A program made the translations under genes and the position numbers. From a virus, in IMG/VR virus record IMGVR_UViG_3300042988_001309, positions 30,094 to 94,093 of that record: a stretch of DNA of 64,000 nucleotides; one strand, 5' to 3'. The notes under the pieces are model-generated. The model was not told the DNA's origin. It saw only the letters and a list, made by a program, of their open reading frames with translations, and made no database searches. This document shows, piece by piece, positions 36,526 to 44,392 of the stretch (positions are counted from its first letter, which is position 1; every line of letters starts with the position of its first letter).

Positions 36526-37041
36526 ATGGTCTACGAGCCTGCGCAGTTCCCCAAGGTCGCCGACACCGCCGCCCGCAAGCTCGGGCTCATCCGTGACTCG
36601 GTCGCCTGGGACGAGGCCATCTCCGGCGCCCTGTGGCGCCTGACGGCCGACTACATCCGAGGGGCGCTCACCTCCAACGCCCGCGTCCACCTCTCGGCCC
36701 GCGCTGGCGCCATCGAGGGGCTCCGGGACTGGCTGGGGCGCGACGGCCGTCATGTCCACACCAGCCTCGACGAGCTGCTCCCCGACGGCCAGCACACCCG
36801 TGGCGATCTGCTCGCCGCCACGCCGTGCGACCCGCTCGACGAGGCGCTGGCCCGAGAACTGGTCGAACAGCTCGGGCTCAACCGCCACGGGCGCATCGCT
36901 CTGGCCCGAGCGTGCGGCTGGGGTAACACCGAGATCGCCCAGGCGCTGGGGGTCACCCAGGCCCGCATCAGTCAGATCAACACCAAGGTCGCCGATCGCC
37001 TCCGCAAGCCGCCATCAGATGGTCTGGTCAAGTCCGCATGA
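36526..37041 (+). CDS. sigma-factor-like / region-4 HTH regulator
   Basis: GAIEGLR, then SLDELL, then GWGNTEIAQALGVTQARISQI (FliA/SigF-like layout). Confidence 0.6.
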   Translation: MVYEPAQFPKVADTAARKLGLIRDSVAWDEAISGALWRLTADYIRGALTSNARVHLSARAGAIEGLRDWLGRDGRHVHTSLDELLPDGQHTRGDLLAATPCDPLDEALARELVEQLGLNRHGRIALARACGWGNTEIAQALGVTQARISQINTKVADRLRKPPSDGLVKSA

Positions 37042-37057
37042 GCCGTAGGCTGCCGTC

Positions 37058-37276
37058 ATGAGCGACACCCCGAGCACCGTGCGCCAGCGCTTCATGGAAC
37101 AGCGCGAGGCGGCCACCAGCGCCCGCGACTGGGTCGACCGACTCTCGACCGACTTCGGGATCACCGTGCGCGTGGCCCAGGTGGCCGGGCAGTTCACCGG
37201 GGACGTGGCCGTGGACCCTGCGTGGCTCAACGACCAGCTCACCGAGCTGGCTGCGTTGCGAGCAACGACGCCCTGA
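37058..37276 (+). CDS. hypothetical protein
   Basis: leaderless -10 TAGGCT at 37046. Confidence 0.6.
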   Translation: MSDTPSTVRQRFMEQREAATSARDWVDRLSTDFGITVRVAQVAGQFTGDVAVDPAWLNDQLTELAALRATTP

Positions 37277-37281
37277 GAGAA

Positions 37282-37325
37282 TCTGGTAAATCAGGCTTGA
37301 CGTGATTGGTCAGGCCGGTTAGGTT
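37282..37325 (+). promoter_or_regulatory. operator-overlapped promoter of the ncRNA-Ro60 operon
   Basis: TCTGGTAAAT-cagg-CTTGACG; -35 TTGACG 37297, 17 nt, -10 TAGGTT 37320; predicted TSS ~37332 matches the RNA1 5' end. Confidence 0.7.
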
Positions 37326-37332
37326 GTCACCC

Positions 37333-37409
37333 GTCCCACTGGTGTGAAACCGCCGGATACTTCCATTTGATCAGGACCCCCTCCGGTGGTGCCCGGTTCT
37401 CAGTGAGAC
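37333..37409 (+). ncRNA. Y-RNA-like element 1
   Basis: terminal stem GTCCCACTG/CAGTGAGAC, GGTGTG..GGTTCT internal motif, inner stem ACCGCCGGA/TCCGGTGGT, TACTTC motif. Confidence 0.65.
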
Positions 37410-37428
37410 CACAACACCAACTGAATAC

Positions 37429-37513
37429 GACCTCGCCGGTGCGAGGGTGCGGGTTACTTCTGACTGTGAATCAGATCCAACAAACGCCCGTGCCGCCGGT
37501 TCTCGGCGAGGTC
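37429..37513 (+). ncRNA. Y-RNA-like element 2 carrying a His(GTG)-type anticodon stem-loop
   Basis: GACCTCGCCG/CGGCGAGGTC stem; GGTGCG..GGTTCT; TCTGA-CTGTGAA-TCAGA at 37459-37475. Confidence 0.7.
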
Positions 37514-37522
37514 CTGAACGCA

Positions 37523-37631
37523 CCCGATGGTGCGCAGTCGCGAGCTACGTCGATGGTTCAAATCCACCCGGCCCTGTAGGGCTGTAGCTCAACTGGTAGA
37601 GCATCGCTCGCGGCGCCAGGTTCTCATCGGG
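37523..37631 (+). ncRNA. yrlA: YrlA-like Y RNA (circularly permuted T arm, closed acceptor stem, D arm)
   Basis: CCCGATG/CATCGGG stem; GGTTCAAATCC, then CGGCCC-TGTA-GGGCTG, then TAGCTCAACTGGTAGAGCA; upstream of Ro60. Confidence 0.8.
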
Positions 37632-37644
37632 CCCTTCGACATCG

Positions 37645-37786
37645 GCTGGCGCCGGTGCGTAGTCGCGGGATACTTCGCCTTTCAAGCGGGTGGTCGTGGG
37701 TTCGACTCCCACTCCCGGGTTCACCCCCGGGGTAGCTCAGTGGCCAGAGCACCTTCATCCCGTGGCGCCCAGTTCTCGGCGCCAGC
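37645..37786 (+). ncRNA. Y-RNA-like element 4 containing a complete permuted tRNA-Glu(TTC)-like domain
   Basis: GCTGGCGCCG/CGGCGCCAGC stem; TTCGC-CTTTCAA-GCGGG, TGGTC, GTGGG-TTCGACT-CCCAC, closed acceptor stem, TAGCTCAGTGGCCAGAGCA. Confidence 0.8.
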
Positions 37787-37824
37787 TTCGTCGATCGGGC
37801 CCCTCAACCAGAGAGGAGCCCGTC

Positions 37825-39387
37825 ATGGGCAAGTTTGCCAACCAGTCCTTTGCCACCCCCAACGCCTTGAGGGTGGTCGGCCCGACCAACACCGTGGCCC
37901 CCACCTCGACCTACGAAGGTGGCGATGGCTACACCCTCGACGCTCGCACCGAGCTGTTCACCTTGGCCACCACCGACTTCGGTGGCGAGGACACCTTCTA
38001 CCAGTCCGGCAACGACCGCCTCGATCGCCTGGCGCGCCTCGTCGCCACCTTGGTCCGCGGCGGCGACACCGACTGGCTGGCCGGGTTCGCCCGCTGGCTG
38101 CGCGACGGCGCCAACATGCGCTCGGCCGCCGTGGCTGTGGCCTGTGAGTACGTCGCCGCCGGTGGCCCCAACGGCCGGGCCGTCATCGACTCGGTGTGTG
38201 TGCGCGCCGACGAGCCCGCCGAGGTGCTCGGCTACTGGCTGGCCCGCAAGGCTCGCAACATCCCCAAGCCGGTCAAGCGCGGTGTCGCCGACGCCGCCGC
38301 TCGGCTCTACACGCCCCGGAACCTCGCCAAGTACGACGGTGGCCGCTCCCCGCTGCGCTTCGGTGACGTGATCGAGCTGACCCACGCCAAGCCGGTCAAG
38401 TCCGGCCAGAGCACGCTGTTCCGCCACGCCATCGACCGCCGCCACGGCCGCCCCACCCAGCTCCGCCCCGGCGAGCTGTTCGACGAGACGCTGGAGTCGC
38501 TCTACGGCCTGGAGACGCTGCCCCCCGAGGTGCGCGTGGCCAATCTGGCCGCCGCCACGGCCCATCCCCTCATGACCTGGGAGCGCCTCGCCGGATGGCT
38601 GCCCGGCGGGATGAACGCCGCCGCCTGGGAGGCCCTCATCGACGCCGACCGGCTCGGCTACATGGCCCTGCTGCGCAACCTCAACAACTTCGACCGTGCT
38701 GGCATCTCCAAGGCGCACATCGCCAAGGTGAACGCCCGCCTGGCCGATCCCATCGAGGTCGCCGCCAGTCGCCAGCTCCCGTTCCGGTTCTACACCGCCT
38801 ACCGCACGGTGGGCTCGCTGACCTACGCCTCGGCGCTGGAGCAGGCCATGGAGTACGCCACCAGCAACGTCCCGACCCTGTCGGGGCGCACCTTGGTCGC
38901 GGTCGACACCTCGGGCTCGATGCAGTCGACGCCCTCGGGCAAGTCCACGGTCCTCATGTCCGAGATCGCCGCGGTGTTCGCCGGTGCCCTGGCCCAGCGG
39001 AGCGACGTGGACCTCATCCACTTCGCCACCGGCTCCGAGCGCATCACCCCGGCCCGGAGCGTGCTGCGCACGGTCGAGTTGATCCGCTCCCGGATCGGCT
39101 CGGTCGGCGGTGGCACCAACACCTGGCCCGCCATCGAGCGCCACTTCACCCCAGGCCGTCATGACCGGGTGATCGTGCTCACCGACATGCAGTCTCGGCC
39201 GAGCACTGCGCCGGTGCCCGCCGAGGTGCCGGTCTACGTGTGGGACCTGCGCGGCTACGGGTCGAGCGACATCGACCTCGGTCGGGGCCGGTTCCTGCTG
39301 GCGGGGTTCAGCGACAAGGCGTTCTCCCTCATCGGGACGCTGGAGCGCGGCCGCAACGCCGACTGGCCCTGGATCGTGGCGGCATGA
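37825..39387 (+). CDS. rsr: Ro60/Rsr TROVE-domain RNA-binding protein with vWA domain
   Basis: AGAGGAG RBS; TYEGG.GY, EDTFY, RADEP, MTWE, LGYMALLRNL, SRQLPFRF, VAVDTSGSM (MIDAS), IVLTDMQ. Confidence 0.93.
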   Translation: MGKFANQSFATPNALRVVGPTNTVAPTSTYEGGDGYTLDARTELFTLATTDFGGEDTFYQSGNDRLDRLARLVATLVRGGDTDWLAGFARWLRDGANMRSAAVAVACEYVAAGGPNGRAVIDSVCVRADEPAEVLGYWLARKARNIPKPVKRGVADAAARLYTPRNLAKYDGGRSPLRFGDVIELTHAKPVKSGQSTLFRHAIDRRHGRPTQLRPGELFDETLESLYGLETLPPEVRVANLAAATAHPLMTWERLAGWLPGGMNAAAWEALIDADRLGYMALLRNLNNFDRAGISKAHIAKVNARLADPIEVAASRQLPFRFYTAYRTVGSLTYASALEQAMEYATSNVPTLSGRTLVAVDTSGSMQSTPSGKSTVLMSEIAAVFAGALAQRSDVDLIHFATGSERITPARSVLRTVELIRSRIGSVGGGTNTWPAIERHFTPGRHDRVIVLTDMQSRPSTAPVPAEVPVYVWDLRGYGSSDIDLGRGRFLLAGFSDKAFSLIGTLERGRNADWPWIVAA

Positions 39388-39548
39388 CCCGGTTCAAGGT
39401 CACCTTGGTCTCCATCGTCGACATCCCCGACTCCGACCCCGAGGACGAGGTGGCTGCGTTCGTCTTTGCGGGCGCGGCGGTGCTGCGCGGCGAGGGCGAC
39501 AACCAGAGCCTTGAGGTCGAGCGGCTCCAAGATGGTCAGCCCGAGTGA
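39384..39548 (+). CDS. small hypothetical protein
   Basis: ATGA-coupled to Ro60. Confidence 0.5.
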   Translation: MTRFKVTLVSIVDIPDSDPEDEVAAFVFAGAAVLRGEGDNQSLEVERLQDGQPE

Positions 39549-39777
39549 CGCCAAGGCGCGACGGCGGGTGTCGGTCGACAAGGACGGCCGTCATCTGCTC
39601 GGCGTGCTGGTGTACGCCCCGCCGCTCGATGGCCAGCCGCACCGCGATGGCTCCAAGCGTTCCGGGGTCCACTGTCGGGTCGAGCTGAGCCCCGGGGTCT
39701 ACCTGTCGGTACGCCCCGAGCGCATCACCTTCCTCGATCCCGACCCCGACGAGTCATCAGGCCAACTGGTAATCTGA
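39532..39777 (+). CDS. small hypothetical protein
   Basis: MVSPSDAK..., followed by a terminator. Confidence 0.5.
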   Translation: MVSPSDAKARRRVSVDKDGRHLLGVLVYAPPLDGQPHRDGSKRSGVHCRVELSPGVYLSVRPERITFLDPDPDESSGQLVI

Positions 39778-39785
39778 TCGCCACC

Positions 39786-39829
39786 AACCCCCCTGCTGGT
39801 TCCTCCTCTCGGACCGGGCAGGGGGGTTT
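39786..39829 (+). terminator. terminator hairpin
   Basis: AACCCCCCTGC...GCAGGGGGGTTT. Confidence 0.65.
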
Positions 39830-39834
39830 GGCGT

Positions 39835-39878
39835 TCTGGTCAATCCCACTTGACCCGATGGGCCAGTGGGTGTTTACT
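39835..39878 (+). promoter_or_regulatory. operator-overlapped promoter, leaderless start at 39885
   Basis: TCTGGTCAAT-ccca-CTTGACC; -35 39850, 17 nt, TTTACT, 6 nt, ATG. Confidence 0.6.
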
Positions 39879-39884
39879 TACGCC

Positions 39885-40109
39885 ATGCACACCGCTCACG
39901 CCACCCCAAACGCCACGCTCACCTGGTTCCCCGGTGCGTTCCCCAAGACCTACATGGGCGACAAGGGCGTCGGCGCCCCGTATCAGGTGTTCCTCGACGA
40001 CGACGGCACCTGGACCTTCACCCCCGACACCTGCGCGACCTGCTTCCCCGGCTACAAGACCGCCAACGCCGCCAAGGCCGCCGCCGAGAAGCACTGGGCC
40101 GAACGATGA
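39885..40109 (+). CDS. hypothetical protein
   Basis: MHTAHAT...KTANAAKAAAEKHW. Confidence 0.55.
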   Translation: MHTAHATPNATLTWFPGAFPKTYMGDKGVGAPYQVFLDDDGTWTFTPDTCATCFPGYKTANAAKAAAEKHWAER

Positions 40110-40492
40110 GCCACTACGACGACCTCCTCCTGCCCGATCACCGCTTCGACTTCCCCGAGCCGCTCTACGACGAGGCCGAGCTGGCCGTGCCCGAGGTGCC
40201 CGAGCCCGAGTTCCTCAAGCGCTGCGTCGAGCTGAACCGCTACGCCAACCCCGAGCGGATGGACCAGGACGACGCCGACATCGACCTGGCCATGCTGCGC
40301 CTGGCGCTCAAGCTGGCCGCCCACCACGGCTACGAGGTGGTCGGGGCCACCATCGACGGCGAGGCGGGCTGGGCCCTGGTGTTCCGGGGCAACGTGATCG
40401 AGGCTGCCACCGACGGCGCCGTGGTGCTGCGCTCGCTGTACGAGGACCTGGCGTGCTCGCTCGGCCTGCCGTGCATCTGGGGCCCGTTCTGA
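40106..40492 (+). CDS. hypothetical protein
   Basis: ATGA-coupled; MSHYDD... Confidence 0.6.
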   Translation: MSHYDDLLLPDHRFDFPEPLYDEAELAVPEVPEPEFLKRCVELNRYANPERMDQDDADIDLAMLRLALKLAAHHGYEVVGATIDGEAGWALVFRGNVIEAATDGAVVLRSLYEDLACSLGLPCIWGPF

Positions 40493-40535
40493 TTGTCGCT
40501 GCTACCAGAGAGACGTGTAGTAACCTGACTCCCTG

Positions 40536-40949
40536 ATGGGAAACCTGTTCGACTCGGCTGACGCCAACCGCTGCCCCATCTGTGGCGCTCCCGGAGCGAC
40601 CTGCTCGATCATCCCCACCCCGACGACGGCCAGCCCCTTTGCGGCCCAGATCGTGGTGCTGGAGGACGTGTGGGTCGACACCCCGTATGGGCGCCATCAG
40701 ATAGCGGTGGCGGGCGACATGGTCGACGAGCTGGAGGCCCGTGACATCGAGGCCAAGGGAGGCACCGTGCAACGTCCGAGCGAGAACAAGACCCTGGAAC
40801 CCCAGGACCCGGCGACCAAGATCCTCACCCCCGAGGAAGCCGCCCAGGCCAAGGCCGACGAGGCCGAGCCCGCCGCCCCCAGTTCGGGCAACGTGACGGT
40901 CTGCCCTCCGACCATCGAGGCCAGCACCGCCGCCGGTCTCGGCATCTGA
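40536..40949 (+). CDS. hypothetical protein (CPICG motif; ENK.LEP motif seen in small post-capsid proteins)
   Basis: ORF with high GC3. Confidence 0.55.
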   Translation: MGNLFDSADANRCPICGAPGATCSIIPTPTTASPFAAQIVVLEDVWVDTPYGRHQIAVAGDMVDELEARDIEAKGGTVQRPSENKTLEPQDPATKILTPEEAAQAKADEAEPAAPSSGNVTVCPPTIEASTAAGLGI

Positions 40950-40955
40950 GCCGTC

Positions 40956-41774
40956 ATGGCCAACGACCTCGCCGGTCTGCTCGTCGCCTCGACGATCGCC
41001 GCCCACAAGGCCAACGGCTCCGAGGAGCTGGGATGGCTCATCCATGCCGAGGACTGGCTGTCGCGTGGCGCCCGAGTGTTCTGCGCCGTGCAGACCGGCC
41101 ACGGTCACGACCGCAACTTCGACGCCCTCTACTTGCGCATGGTGGCGTTGCGACAGGCCTTCCCTGGCCAGGTCTCCCTGTGGACCTACTCGATCGACCA
41201 GGGCGAGGACGAGGTCACCAGCGACAACCGGCTCATCGCCATCTGCACCGGCCGCAACCTCGCCCATGAGGTGGCGATCCGCGACAAGACGTGCGAGGCG
41301 ATCCTGTTCCTCGACACCGACGTGCGTCCGCCCGAGGACCTCCCCGAGCGCCTGCTGGAGATCGAACGCCCGCTGGTGGGTGGCAACGTCCCGGCCTACT
41401 GCCTCAACGGCCCGCCCGTCATCTGGGAGCCGATCACCACCGAGGGCTGGAGCGGGCCCGGCCACGCCATCTGTGGCGACGAGATCCGCTTCAACACCCA
41501 CCCGCCGTTCCCTCAGGGCGCCGACGTGCGCGAGCACTGGAACACCGCTGGCTGCCTGCTGGTGCGCCGCATGGTGTTCACCTCGATCGCCTGGCGCTGG
41601 AACCCCGACGCCGGGCTCACCGACGACCCTGCCTTCCAGACCGCCGCCCACGCCGCTGGGTTCGGCTGGACCTGGACCCGCCACGACGTGACCGTCTGGC
41701 ATGAATCCCTCGTCCCGCTGGAACAGCGCGGCCGCGACCGTTCCGTCATCCGTACCCATAGGAGCAACCCATGA
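40956..41774 (+). CDS. glycosyltransferase, GT-A fold
   Basis: GRNLA, ILFLDTD (DxD), TAGCLLVRR, TDDPAF, terminal H. Confidence 0.75.
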   Translation: MANDLAGLLVASTIAAHKANGSEELGWLIHAEDWLSRGARVFCAVQTGHGHDRNFDALYLRMVALRQAFPGQVSLWTYSIDQGEDEVTSDNRLIAICTGRNLAHEVAIRDKTCEAILFLDTDVRPPEDLPERLLEIERPLVGGNVPAYCLNGPPVIWEPITTEGWSGPGHAICGDEIRFNTHPPFPQGADVREHWNTAGCLLVRRMVFTSIAWRWNPDAGLTDDPAFQTAAHAAGFGWTWTRHDVTVWHESLVPLEQRGRDRSVIRTHRSNP

Positions 41775-41998
41775 GCACCACGACCCTGTTCAACGTCACC
41801 ACCCCGGCACGCCACGTCGTGACCACCAAGTCCAAGCGGCGCGCCCTGCGCAAGGTGGCCAAGGCTCATCGCCAAGGCGCCCGGCTGGTGTTCGTCCATG
41901 AGATCGACCTGGCCAACACCTCCCAGGCCCTGCTGCTCAAGAGCGAGCGCAACGCCGACCCCACCTGGTACGAGGTCGAGCTGACCCAGAAGGGCTGA
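41771..41998 (+). CDS. hypothetical protein
   Basis: AGGAG RBS, ATGA overlap. Confidence 0.6.
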   Translation: MSTTTLFNVTTPARHVVTTKSKRRALRKVAKAHRQGARLVFVHEIDLANTSQALLLKSERNADPTWYEVELTQKG

Positions 41999-42076
41999 CC
42001 CTGTGGTCATCAGGACCTCTGGTGACCATCAGTTACGGTGGTTCGTGTTCGGATCGAGCAACAACATGGAGGCGTC

Positions 42077-43156
42077 GTGAAGCGAGTGGCAGTGACCGGC
42101 GGGTCGGGGTTCATCGGCACCTGGGTGGTGGGGGAGCTGTTGAACCGTGGCTACGACCCGGTCGTGTTCGACCCCCACGGGCACACCAAGGTCCGTCAGG
42201 CCGACGTGATCATGGGTGACGTTCGCGACGCCACCGCGGTCACCGAGCTGGCCGCCCATGTCGACGGCATCATCCACCTCGCCGCCGTGCTCGGCACCCA
42301 GGAGACGATCGGCAACCCCCGACCGGCGGCCGAGACCAACCTCATCGGCTCGCTCAACGTCATGGAGGCCTGCGCCCAGTACCAGCTCCCCATGACCTAC
42401 ATCGCGGTCGGCAACGCCAACATGGCCAACGGCACCTACGTGCTCACCAAGACCGTCGCCGAGAACTTCGCCCGCATGTTCGCCGAGTACCGCGGGCTCA
42501 AGGTCAACTCGGTCCGGGTCATGAACGCCTACGGCCCCGGCCAGCTCGCCTGCGCCCCGTTCGGGCCGGGCAAGGTCCGCAAGATCACCCCGGCGTTCAT
42601 CTGCCGGGCCCTGTGCGGCCTGCCCATCGAGCTGTACGGCACCGGCGACCAGGTGAGCGACATGGTGTGGGTCGGCGACGCCGCCACCGTGTTGGTCAAC
42701 GCCTTGGAGCACGCCGCCCAGGGCGACGTGTGGCCGGTCACCGTCGAGGTCGGGCCGGAGCACTCGCTCACGGTGCGCCAGGTCGCCGAGGCCGTCATCG
42801 CCGCCTGCGTCGAGCGGGGCTACCCCGAGGTGCCGATCAACCTGCTTCCCATGCGCGCCGGCGAGCGCACCGAGGGCATCGCCAACGCCGCCCTCACCGA
42901 CGAGGTCATGCGCCTCATCGAGCACCGCACCACCTCGGTCGAGGAACTGTGGCGCCTGCGCCAGTGGGTCAAGCCGCTCCACAACCAGGTGCGCGCCGAC
43001 CCGACCACGCTGCGCCTCGCCGGTGTCGAGCCCTCCTCGCTCACCTCACTGGAGTTCGGCATCGCCCGCACCGTCGAGCACTTCATCGCCACCCGGGGCG
43101 TGCAGTGGCACGACCCCGACCCCACCGCCACCGTCATTGGAGGAGGAGCCGCATGA
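42077..43156 (+). CDS. NAD-dependent nucleotide-sugar epimerase/dehydratase
   Basis: VAVTGGSGFIG, IIHLAA, YVLTK (YxxxK), NAYGPGQ. Confidence 0.92.
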   Translation: MKRVAVTGGSGFIGTWVVGELLNRGYDPVVFDPHGHTKVRQADVIMGDVRDATAVTELAAHVDGIIHLAAVLGTQETIGNPRPAAETNLIGSLNVMEACAQYQLPMTYIAVGNANMANGTYVLTKTVAENFARMFAEYRGLKVNSVRVMNAYGPGQLACAPFGPGKVRKITPAFICRALCGLPIELYGTGDQVSDMVWVGDAATVLVNALEHAAQGDVWPVTVEVGPEHSLTVRQVAEAVIAACVERGYPEVPINLLPMRAGERTEGIANAALTDEVMRLIEHRTTSVEELWRLRQWVKPLHNQVRADPTTLRLAGVEPSSLTSLEFGIARTVEHFIATRGVQWHDPDPTATVIGGGAA

Positions 43157-43425
43157 CCGACCTCGCCCACGCCCAGGCCATGGCCCAGGCCAACGCCAGC
43201 GCCCGCCAAGCCGAGATCCCCCTCGGCCAGATCCCCACCATCGTCCAGTGCGGTGTCGCCATGGGGGTCGACGGCCAGCGCCTCGCCGTGCTGCGCGTCT
43301 CGACCCCGATGGGTCCGCTCACGTTCCTCATCACCGCCGAGCAGGCCGAGCAAGCGGGCGACCAGCTCAAGCTCGCCGCCGCCCAGGCCCGCACCGGCCT
43401 GACGATCCCCGGGATGCCGGGATGA
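43153..43425 (+). CDS. hypothetical protein
   Basis: GGAGGAG RBS, ATGA overlap. Confidence 0.6.
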   Translation: MTDLAHAQAMAQANASARQAEIPLGQIPTIVQCGVAMGVDGQRLAVLRVSTPMGPLTFLITAEQAEQAGDQLKLAAAQARTGLTIPGMPG

Positions 43426-44180
43426 CCCAGGCATCAGACATCGTCGCCTACGCCTTGGCCACCATCCCCGGCGCCCTGTATCGCCTCGGGGCCGAGGCCA
43501 ACCTCAACAACCCCGACAAGCCCAAGTACCTCGACTGTTCCGAGGCCGTCGAGTACGTCTGCTACCGCACTGGCGTCGCTCCCAAGATGCCCGACGGCGC
43601 CTGGCAACAGGCCGCCCACTGCCGCCGCCACGGCACGGAAATCTCCATCGCCGAGGCGTTCACCACCCCCGGCGCCCTGCTGTTCAAGGACTACGGCCCC
43701 GCCGGTGCCGGTGGGCTCGGCAACCACGTCGCCATCTCCCTCGGCGACGGCCGCTGCGTCGAGGCGCGCTCGGGGAAGCTCGGGTGCGGGGTGTTCAACG
43801 CCCACAACCGCACGCCGGGCTGGAACTTCGCCGCTCGCATCCCCGGGGTCACCTACACGCTGCTCCCGCCGCTGCCCGCTCCGCTGCCCCCACCCGTCAT
43901 CGCCCCCATCGAGGTGAAGCCCATGTACGACCCGCCCCTGGCCTTGCATCCCATCGTCGCTTCCTGTGACTGCCCCACCGGCGGCGCCTGGGCGCTGGCC
44001 AACGACTGGAGCGTCTACACCTTCGGGTCCGCCCCGTTCCACGGCCACGCCGGTGGCTCGGTCCACGTCGTCGGCCGGGCTCCGGCGGCCATTCGGGCCA
44101 TCACGCGCTCCGACGGCCAGCCCGGCTACGAGTGCATCGCCACCTCGGGCGAGGTGTACGGCATGGGGGGCTTCTACTGA
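43422..44180 (+). CDS. NlpC/P60 peptidoglycan peptidase (probable endolysin) with C-terminal cell-wall repeat
   Basis: Y.LGAE, LDCSE, PGALLF, NHVAISLGDG..VEA; Pro linker; PIV...PTGGAW..A.D.SVYTFG.APFHG. Confidence 0.8.
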   Translation: MTQASDIVAYALATIPGALYRLGAEANLNNPDKPKYLDCSEAVEYVCYRTGVAPKMPDGAWQQAAHCRRHGTEISIAEAFTTPGALLFKDYGPAGAGGLGNHVAISLGDGRCVEARSGKLGCGVFNAHNRTPGWNFAARIPGVTYTLLPPLPAPLPPPVIAPIEVKPMYDPPLALHPIVASCDCPTGGAWALANDWSVYTFGSAPFHGHAGGSVHVVGRAPAAIRAITRSDGQPGYECIATSGEVYGMGGFY

Positions 44181-44392
44181 TGGCCCGCTACGCCCGCCTG
44201 GAGGTCTACGAGTCCAAGGACCGCTCACCCAAACAGCGGTGGCGCTGGCGGCTGGTGAGCCGCAACGGCAACATCGTCGCCATCGGCTCCGAGGGCTACG
44301 CGCGCCCGAGCGTGGCCGAGCAGGCCGCCCTCGACGTGATCAACGGTGGCTACGACGTGACCGGCCGGATCGAGCGGGTCCACGCGACATGA
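44180..44392 (+). CDS. YegP/DUF1508-family protein
   Basis: WRWRLVSRNGNIVAIGSEGY. Confidence 0.8.
   Translation: MARYARLEVYESKDRSPKQRWRWRLVSRNGNIVAIGSEGYARPSVAEQAALDVINGGYDVTGRIERVHAT

Noticed and set aside
37358-37381. Specific anticodon assignment for RNA element 1 (TGA, TTG or GAT)
   Set aside because: Stem is only 3 bp with a 9-nt loop, so the register is ambiguous
37523-37786. Conventional tRNA genes suggested by GGTTCAAATCC/GGTTCGACTCC and TAGCTCA motifs
   Set aside because: T arm precedes D arm and the acceptor stem is loop-closed, so these are permuted mimics inside Y-RNA stems, not standard tRNAs
37333-37786. CRISPR-like array
   Set aside because: Units share structure and short motifs but have no identical direct repeats with regular spacers; no cas genes
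37690-37824. Upstream GTG start for Ro60 given by the ORF track
   Set aside because: Overlaps structured RNA element 4; ATG 37825 has a strong AGAGGAG RBS and a typical MGKF start
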